From NCBI GenBank assembly GCA_016930315.1, contig JAFGGX010000024.1:1-55184 (forward strand): a DNA stretch of 55,184 nt, written 5' to 3'. Below the pieces are notes generated by a model. It ran no database searches, was not told the origin of the DNA, and worked only from the letters and a program-made list of their open reading frames with translations. A program made the position numbers and the translations under genes. Shown piece after piece: positions 49,211-55,184 of the stretch (position 1 is the stretch's first letter; the number at the start of each line of letters is the position of its first letter). This stretch comes from Candidatus Buchananbacteria bacterium (GTDB lineage: Bacteria; Patescibacteriota; Patescibacteriia; Buchananbacterales; UBA6539).

Positions 49211-50788
49211 CTAAAAACTTTTTCGTCGTAAAAGCCGATTGTAGGTGATGGCGAAACGATGCGCTTCATCTCTGATTTTTTGGACTAATTTCAAAGCATC
49301 AGATTTACGGTCTAATTTGATTGATTCGGAATTACCAGGCCGGTAAATTTCTTCTTGTTTTTTAGCCAAAGCCGCAATCGGAATAGTTAAACCTAATGAT
49401 CGTAAGGCCGCCAGCCCAGCACTCATCTGCGGTTTGCCGCCATCAATTAAAATTAAATCTGGCAAATCAGCTTTATCAATTTTCAATCGGTAATACCGCC
49501 GATAAATAATTTCGCGCATGGCATCAAAATCAGATTGGCCCGTCTGCCATTTAATTTTAAACCGCCGATAATTATTTTTGTCTGGCAAACCATCTTTAAA
49601 GCAAACCATCGAACCAACAATAAAACTGTCACCCAAATTAGAAACATCAAAACATTCAATCACCGTCGGCAGCTTTGGTAAACTCAAACTCTCCTGCAAT
49701 TCAAACAAAGCACTGTCGCCTCTTTTCAAACTAACTAAAATATTTTTTTTGACTAATTCTAAAAGCTGCAAATTGGTCCCGCGCTTAGCCATTTTAATCC
49801 GGACTTTTCTGCCAGCCAAGCGAGTTAAATAACTTTCAATTGTAGTTTTTTCCGGCAACTCAACAGGCGCCACCACTTCTTGCGGTAATTCATGACTGTA
49901 ATAATATTGTTTAACAAAACCGGCTAATAATTCCGGCAAATCTTGTTTGATTGATATGGCAAAAGAAAACTGTTTCCGACCAGAAACCACGCCTTTGTTG
50001 ATATTAAACAACTGAACAATAAATTTATTCGCGGTGATTATGCCATTAATTACATCTTGATCGTAATTTTTTTTGAGGTGAATCTTTTGTTCCGATTGTA
50101 AATTAACCAACGCTTTAATTTGATCGCGTCGTAATTTTGCTAGTTCATATTTTTCTTGACTAGAAAACTGGTCCATTTCTTTTTTTAAATCAACAATTAA
50201 CTTCTCGACCTTTCCTTGCAATAGCATCCGCGCCCGATCTAAGTCTTTTTTATATTCTTCCAAACTAATAATCCGCGTCCAGGGAGGAACCGAACACTTA
50301 ATTTTATATTTACCGGCAACGGCCTGAGGTTTAGTTTTGCCCACTCGCAACTTAAACAAAGTATTAGCCAGTCTGATTAAATTTCTTCTAGCTGTACCCC
50401 AAACATAAGGGCCATAAACTTCGTCTTTGTTTTTAAAAATTCGTACCGTTTCTAATCGCGGAAATAGTTCATTAGTAACTTTAATGTAAGCGTAACGCAC
50501 TCCACCTTTTAGCTCCAGATTATATTGTGGCTGCTGATCCTTAATTAGTCGCGCTTCTAAAAGTAAAGCTTCAACTTCCGAATCAGTGACAATGTAATCT
50601 AGGTTTTTAATTTTACTAACCAGCTGCTTGGTCTTGGGATCAACAATATTTTTATTGAAATATGAGCTGACTCGTTTTTTTAAATCTTTTGCTTTGCCAA
50701 TATAAATAATCTCATCGGCTCTATTTTTGAATAAATAGCAACCAGGGTGATTGGGTAAATTTCTTATTTTTTCTTTGACTATTGACAT
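49211..50788 (-). CDS. uvrC: Excinuclease ABC subunit C
   Basis: PGCYLF, IYIGKAKDL..RV.SYF, ECFDVSN, PDLILIDGG, RDEAHRFA. Confidence 0.95.
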   Translation of the reverse strand: MSIVKEKIRNLPNHPGCYLFKNRADEIIYIGKAKDLKKRVSSYFNKNIVDPKTKQLVSKIKNLDYIVTDSEVEALLLEARLIKDQQPQYNLELKGGVRYAYIKVTNELFPRLETVRIFKNKDEVYGPYVWGTARRNLIRLANTLFKLRVGKTKPQAVAGKYKIKCSVPPWTRIISLEEYKKDLDRARMLLQGKVEKLIVDLKKEMDQFSSQEKYELAKLRRDQIKALVNLQSEQKIHLKKNYDQDVINGIITANKFIVQLFNINKGVVSGRKQFSFAISIKQDLPELLAGFVKQYYYSHELPQEVVAPVELPEKTTIESYLTRLAGRKVRIKMAKRGTNLQLLELVKKNILVSLKRGDSALFELQESLSLPKLPTVIECFDVSNLGDSFIVGSMVCFKDGLPDKNNYRRFKIKWQTGQSDFDAMREIIYRRYYRLKIDKADLPDLILIDGGKPQMSAGLAALRSLGLTIPIAALAKKQEEIYRPGNSESIKLDRKSDALKLVQKIRDEAHRFAITYNRLLRRKSF

Positions 50789-50815
50789 TTTAAACAAAAT
50801 ATAATATAAAATATA
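50778..50815 (+). repeat. 38-bp exact direct repeat containing a promoter, copy 1
   Basis: ACTATTGACATTTTAAACAAAATATAATATAAAATATA, identical at 51174-51211. Confidence 0.9.
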
Positions 50816-50836
50816 TAATATTCCACTTCCACAAGG

Positions 50837-51028
50837 ATGGCAAAGATGGATAAACCGCTCTTTTTACCGTACGACGCATCAGGCACAACATACCAAGATG
50901 CCAACTATGAATTCTGCACCGACTGTAGCAGTTCGATTCACGAAAACCCGCAAACTAAATCACATACTTGCTGCCTTAATCTATCTTTTCGACCAGATCA
51001 CAGACCGATGAGAAATCACGACCTTTAA
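50837..51028 (+). CDS. Orphan Cys/His microprotein
   Basis: Promoter copy 1; AAGGA; CTDC...H...HTCC; terminator CGGCTCGAAAA/TTTTCGAGCCG at about 51060-51110; start may be 50846. Confidence 0.5.
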   Translation: MAKMDKPLFLPYDASGTTYQDANYEFCTDCSSSIHENPQTKSHTCCLNLSFRPDHRPMRNHDL

Positions 51029-51173
51029 TTTCGTCTGCCTGGTGGCAACGAATCCAATACGGCTCGAAAATTCTAACCCCTGAATATGATTTTCGAGCCG
51101 GTTTTATTTTTGTAAAACTTCGCTCAAATACCTAACAGCACAAGAGCGTTTACTACACTTAGTAATTTTACAA

Positions 51174-51211
51174 ACTATTGACATTTTAAACAAAATATAA
51201 TATAAAATATA
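51174..51211 (+). repeat. 38-bp exact direct repeat containing a promoter, copy 2
   Basis: Identical to 50778-50815. Confidence 0.9.
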
Positions 51212-51238
51212 CAACCAATCCACTGGAGGTACATACGC

Positions 51239-51472
51239 ATGGGAACTAAAGACGGTCTTCCATCCTATGGCGACGATAAAAACGAAGGGCTATTACGCAT
51301 GGGAACTAAAGAGTCTTATCCATCTTGTAAACCCAAGCCGTCGAAAGAAAGTCCCGTTGAAAGGCGCCCATACCCCGAAGATAAGAGCAATGGAATGTGC
51401 TCAGGATGCGGAGCATTTCTCGATAATGAAGGTTTCTGTCACTTCTGTAACCCAAATGGCTGGCTTCGCTAA
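51239..51472 (+). CDS. Orphan zinc-ribbon microprotein
   Basis: GGAGG SD; CSGC-x9-CHFC; internal MGTK duplication; terminator GAGCCC/GGGCTC plus T-run at about 51524-51566. Confidence 0.65.
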   Translation: MGTKDGLPSYGDDKNEGLLRMGTKESYPSCKPKPSKESPVERRPYPEDKSNGMCSGCGAFLDNEGFCHFCNPNGWLR

Positions 51473-51563
51473 TTGGCAAATTTCCGCCGACCCACATTCT
51501 TCTTGGTGACAAGCGGAACCCCAGAGCCCTCGCGCGACCCTGATTCGCGCTTGGGCTCCTTTT

Positions 51564-54437
51564 TTATTTCTTTAAAACTACACTCAAGTACTTACCAGTA
51601 TAAGACCACTTGGCACATTTAGCAATTTTTTCCGGCGTACCTTCGGCTACCACTCGCCCACCTTTGTCCCCGCCCTCTAGGCCTAAATCAACAATCCAAT
51701 CGGCAGATTTAATCACATCTAAATTGTGTTCAATTACCAAAACCGAATTACCTTTATCAACCAACCGATTAAAAACTTCCACTAATCTGCTGACATCGTC
51801 AAAATGCAATCCCGTTGTCGGCTCATCCAAAATATATAGCGCATTGCCGGCCTTACGCGACAACTCGGAAGTCAGCTTAATTCGCTGAGCTTCACCACCC
51901 GACAAAGTAGTGGCGCTTTGACCCAACTGAATGTAATCCAAACCGACATCAAAAAGAGTTTGCATCTTATGAGCGATGGCTGGGACATTTTTGAAAAATT
52001 CTAGCGCTTCTTCCACGGTCATTTTCAATACATCGGCAATCGTTCTATTTTTGTATTTAATACTTAAAGTTTCTTCGTTGTATCTGGTTCCTTTGCAACG
52101 CTGACATTCAATATAAACATCGGGCAAAAAATTCATCTCAATTTTTTTCACCCCATCGCCTTCGCATTCTTCGCACCGGCCGCCGCTGACATTAAAACTA
52201 AACCGACCCGGCTTATAACCACGCGCCCGGGCTTCTTTAGTGGACGAAAACAACTCCCGAATCTGAGTAAACACTCCAATGTAAGTGGCCGGATTTGACC
52301 GCGGTGTTCTGCCAATCGGCGACTGATCAACCATAATTACTTTTTCTAGCTTGCCATAACCTTTAATATTTTTGTGCTGACCTGGCCGCTCGCTGGTAGC
52401 ATAAAAAATCTTGTGCAAGGCCCGATACAAAATGTCATCGATTAAAGTCGACTTGCCCGAACCAGAAACACCGGTCACACAAGTTAAAACTTTCAATGGA
52501 ATTTTAACATCAATATTTTTTAAGTTATGTTGCTCAGCGCCAAAAATTTCCAGCCAATCAAAAATTCGCCGTCGATTTTCCGGAATAGCAATCTTTTTTT
52601 TGCCCGAAATATACTGACTGGTCAAAGAATTTTTGGCGCTGGCTAACTGCTTTGGCGTACCAGCAAAAATCAATTCCCCACCGTGCCGGCCAGCCCCAGG
52701 TCCTAAATCAACCACATGATCAGCTTCTAAAATAGTTTCTTCGTCGTGCTCAACCACTACCACAGTATTACCTAAATCACGCAATTGCTTTAAAGTGGCA
52801 ATCAATTTCTGGTTATCTCTTTGATGCAACCCAATTGACGGCTCATCTAAAATATACAACACGCCGCGCAATTCTGAACCAATTTGAGTAGCCAAGCGAA
52901 TCCGCTGAGCTTCCCCACCCGACAAACTACCGGCCGGACGATTTAAAGTTAAATAATCAAGCCCAACATTAATCAAAAAATTCAACCGATTGGTAATTTC
53001 TTTTAAAATTAAATTGGCAATTGCCAACTGTTCTGTATTCAACTTTAAGCTCTTAAAAAAAGCCACCAACTGTTCAATAGACATTTCGGCCACTTCCCAA
53101 ATATTATAACCATTATCAACTTCTTTTTTAGTTTTAATCTTTTTATTTCCCAATGTCACCGCTAAAATTTCTGGTCGAAATCTTTTGCCTTGGCAGGCCG
53201 GACATGGGCCCATGCGCATAAATTTGGCAATTTCATTTCGTCGATATTCGGATTCAGTTTGTTTATAAAGCCGATCCAGTTGTGGAATTACTCCTTCAAA
53301 TGTGCCCACATATTGATAGCTGCTGTTGCCACTACGACTGCCAATTTCAAACTTCATCTGCTTGTCGCTGCCAAACAAAATTATGTCTTTAATATTCCGC
53401 GGTAAATCATTCCAAGCTAAATTTAAATCAAACTTATAATGCTGGGCCAATGATTCCAAATGCTGATAGCGCCAACCTTCTCCATAGCTACGCCAAGGCT
53501 TGACTGCACCCTGAGCCACCGACAAACTTTTATCCGGCACAATTAAATCTTCATCAAATTCTTGCGAAAACCCCAAACCATGACAAGCCTCACAAGCGCC
53601 AAACGGCGAATTAAACGAAAACATCCGCGGCTGCAGTTCACCAATTGAAATATCGCAATCAGTACAGGCGTTGGCTTGGGAAAACATTTTTTCTTTTTCA
53701 TCAATCAAAACCAAAACCAACCCGTCAGCCAAATTGACGGCCGTTTCAACTGCTTCGTTTAGTCTGGATTTATTTTTAGTTTCCACTGGCAAGCGATCAA
53801 TAATAATTTCCAAATTATGCTTAATCTGCTTGTTAAGTTTAATTGTTTGCCAATCAGCCAATTGATAAACCTGACCATCAACTCGAACCCGAGCATAACC
53901 TTGATTGTGCCAATCTTTCAATAATTGTTCATAAGTGCCTTTCTTGGCTCTGACTACCGGTGCTAAAATTTGTAACTTAGCGCCTTTTTTTAAACTCAAC
54001 AAATTTTTAACAATTGATTCAACCGACTGAAAACTAATCTTTTTACCGCAGTTCGGACAATGGGGCGTGCCAACCCGAGCGTAAAGCAAACGCAAATAAT
54101 CGGCAATTTCGGTAATGGTGCCAACCGTTGACCGCGGATTTTTGGAAACCGATTTTTGTTCAATCGAAATGGCCGGAGACAAACCGGAAATCGAATCAAC
54201 GTCAGGTTTGTTCATCAAACCCAAAAACTGCCGCGCATAGGCTGACAAACTTTCAACGTAGCGTCTTTGTCCTTCGGCATAAAGGGTATCGAACGCCAAA
54301 GTCGATTTACCCGACCCAGACAACCCGGTGATAACTGTTAACTTATCAATTGGAATATCGACATTGATATTTTTTAGGTTATGCTGTCGAGCGCCCTTAA
54401 TTTTAATATATTGTTTTTTATTATTTGCCATATCCAT
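51564..54437 (-). CDS. uvrA: Excinuclease ABC subunit A
   Basis: GARQHNLKN, GLSGSGKS, two LSGGEAQR signatures, zinc fingers. Confidence 0.98.
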   Translation of the reverse strand: MDMANNKKQYIKIKGARQHNLKNINVDIPIDKLTVITGLSGSGKSTLAFDTLYAEGQRRYVESLSAYARQFLGLMNKPDVDSISGLSPAISIEQKSVSKNPRSTVGTITEIADYLRLLYARVGTPHCPNCGKKISFQSVESIVKNLLSLKKGAKLQILAPVVRAKKGTYEQLLKDWHNQGYARVRVDGQVYQLADWQTIKLNKQIKHNLEIIIDRLPVETKNKSRLNEAVETAVNLADGLVLVLIDEKEKMFSQANACTDCDISIGELQPRMFSFNSPFGACEACHGLGFSQEFDEDLIVPDKSLSVAQGAVKPWRSYGEGWRYQHLESLAQHYKFDLNLAWNDLPRNIKDIILFGSDKQMKFEIGSRSGNSSYQYVGTFEGVIPQLDRLYKQTESEYRRNEIAKFMRMGPCPACQGKRFRPEILAVTLGNKKIKTKKEVDNGYNIWEVAEMSIEQLVAFFKSLKLNTEQLAIANLILKEITNRLNFLINVGLDYLTLNRPAGSLSGGEAQRIRLATQIGSELRGVLYILDEPSIGLHQRDNQKLIATLKQLRDLGNTVVVVEHDEETILEADHVVDLGPGAGRHGGELIFAGTPKQLASAKNSLTSQYISGKKKIAIPENRRRIFDWLEIFGAEQHNLKNIDVKIPLKVLTCVTGVSGSGKSTLIDDILYRALHKIFYATSERPGQHKNIKGYGKLEKVIMVDQSPIGRTPRSNPATYIGVFTQIRELFSSTKEARARGYKPGRFSFNVSGGRCEECEGDGVKKIEMNFLPDVYIECQRCKGTRYNEETLSIKYKNRTIADVLKMTVEEALEFFKNVPAIAHKMQTLFDVGLDYIQLGQSATTLSGGEAQRIKLTSELSRKAGNALYILDEPTTGLHFDDVSRLVEVFNRLVDKGNSVLVIEHNLDVIKSADWIVDLGLEGGDKGGRVVAEGTPEKIAKCAKWSYTGKYLSVVLKK

Positions 54438-54501
54438 ATTTTAGTTAATTTATAATAGTACTCAATATGTTATTTATCAACAACTCCTTAAATTTTTAGC
54501 T

Positions 54502-55032
54502 TATTTCGGTGAGGCCATCTACGAAAACCGGATCAACCAGGGCTTGACCCAGGATCAGTTCGGTCACAAGTATGACATCTCCGGACCCGCGGTCTTCAAG
54601 TTCGAAAAAGGGTACGTGAAACCCTCGCTCGACTTGTGGCTCAAGATGTCCGCGGACTTCAAGATCCCGGAGAAAACCGCCGTCCTGATGTGGCTGAAGA
54701 CCCGCCTGCCCGAAAAGTACCAGAACCTGATCCAGATCAAGAACCCGCAAGCGGAGGCCGAGATCCCCGAAGCCGTCCGCCCCAGCCCCCGAGCCGTGGA
54801 CTACACCAAGTTCGAGGACCGCAAGGAGATGCGCAAGGTTGCCAACAACGACCGCAAACTCCCCAAAGGACTCCGCGAGTTCCTCAAGGACGACGAAATC
54901 TGGGTGATCTACAAGCCGACCGGTGCGGAAATCAACTTCCTCCGCGACGCCTTCGGCAAACTCGGCCAGGGCTCGATCGATGCCTTCCGCGAGGCCCTGC
55001 GGGCCATGCGAAGCTTCAAGACCGAAAAGTAG
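54502..55032 (+). CDS. XRE-family HTH regulator, strongly GC-rich, 5' end uncertain or truncated
   Basis: In-frame YFGEAIYENRINQGLTQDQFGHKYDISGPAVFKFEKG...PSLD; first near-cognate start (TTG 54544) lies inside the HTH. Confidence 0.7.
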   Translation, partial: YFGEAIYENRINQGLTQDQFGHKYDISGPAVFKFEKGYVKPSLDLWLKMSADFKIPEKTAVLMWLKTRLPEKYQNLIQIKNPQAEAEIPEAVRPSPRAVDYTKFEDRKEMRKVANNDRKLPKGLREFLKDDEIWVIYKPTGAEINFLRDAFGKLGQGSIDAFREALRAMRSFKTEK

Positions 55033-55071
55033 CCAGATCGGCTACCGCTACCAAAAAGGTGGCCCATCTTT

Positions 55072-55120
55072 CCCCCAGGACTAACTGCGACACGTTGCAG
55101 TGGTTCTGGGGGCTTTTTTT
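55072..55120 (+). terminator. Intrinsic terminator
   Basis: CCCCCAGGAC.AACTGC...GCAGT.GGTTCTGGGGG followed by CTTTTTTT. Confidence 0.75.
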
Positions 55121-55184
55121 ATTTACATTTTTTTAATCTTTTAAATTTCTGAATTTATTAATTAATTTTTTAATTATTTTAGCC

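Noticed and set aside
54636..55136. Alternative-frame 166-aa ORF, and similar long overlaps at 35734-36393 and 7359-7718
   Set aside because: Expected stop-poor frames in GC-rich coding DNA; the overlapping frame carries the recognisable protein.

Overview
Housekeeping-rich chromosome segment of a low-GC bacterium. Gene repertoire and style suggest Patescibacteria/CPR (Parcubacteria/ABY1-like); this is inference only, as no rRNA is present. Core genes are gyrB, secE-nusG-rplK-(membrane protein)-rplA, a dTTP-supply cluster (dCMP deaminase, P-loop kinase, dut, thyX, tmk), gatB, miaA, thrS, dnaE, pheS-(four-helix-bundle gene)-pheT, a UvrD helicase fused to a PD-(D/E)xK nuclease, pyrE-pyrF, a complete F1Fo atp operon, tatD, cvpA, metG, rsmI, uvrC and uvrA. 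The most interesting signals lie between these genes. (1) A Thr T-box riboswitch joins an ultrashort Stem I (ACC specifier in the apical loop) to a transcriptional terminator/antiterminator; a GNAT gene and an antisense structured RNA separate it from thrS. (2) Two candidate ncRNAs are bracketed by their own promoter and terminator. (3) A ~150-nt structured repeat occurs in two copies with compensatory changes. (4) About a dozen self-contained promoter-SD-orphan ORF-terminator mini-cassettes of different base composition are scattered through the window. (5) Several REP-like palindrome and simple-repeat families occur with or without their usual partner genes. No CRISPR array, integrase, transposase, reverse transcriptase, tRNA or rRNA was seen. 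All calls come from reading the sequence by eye; no searches or folding programs were run.
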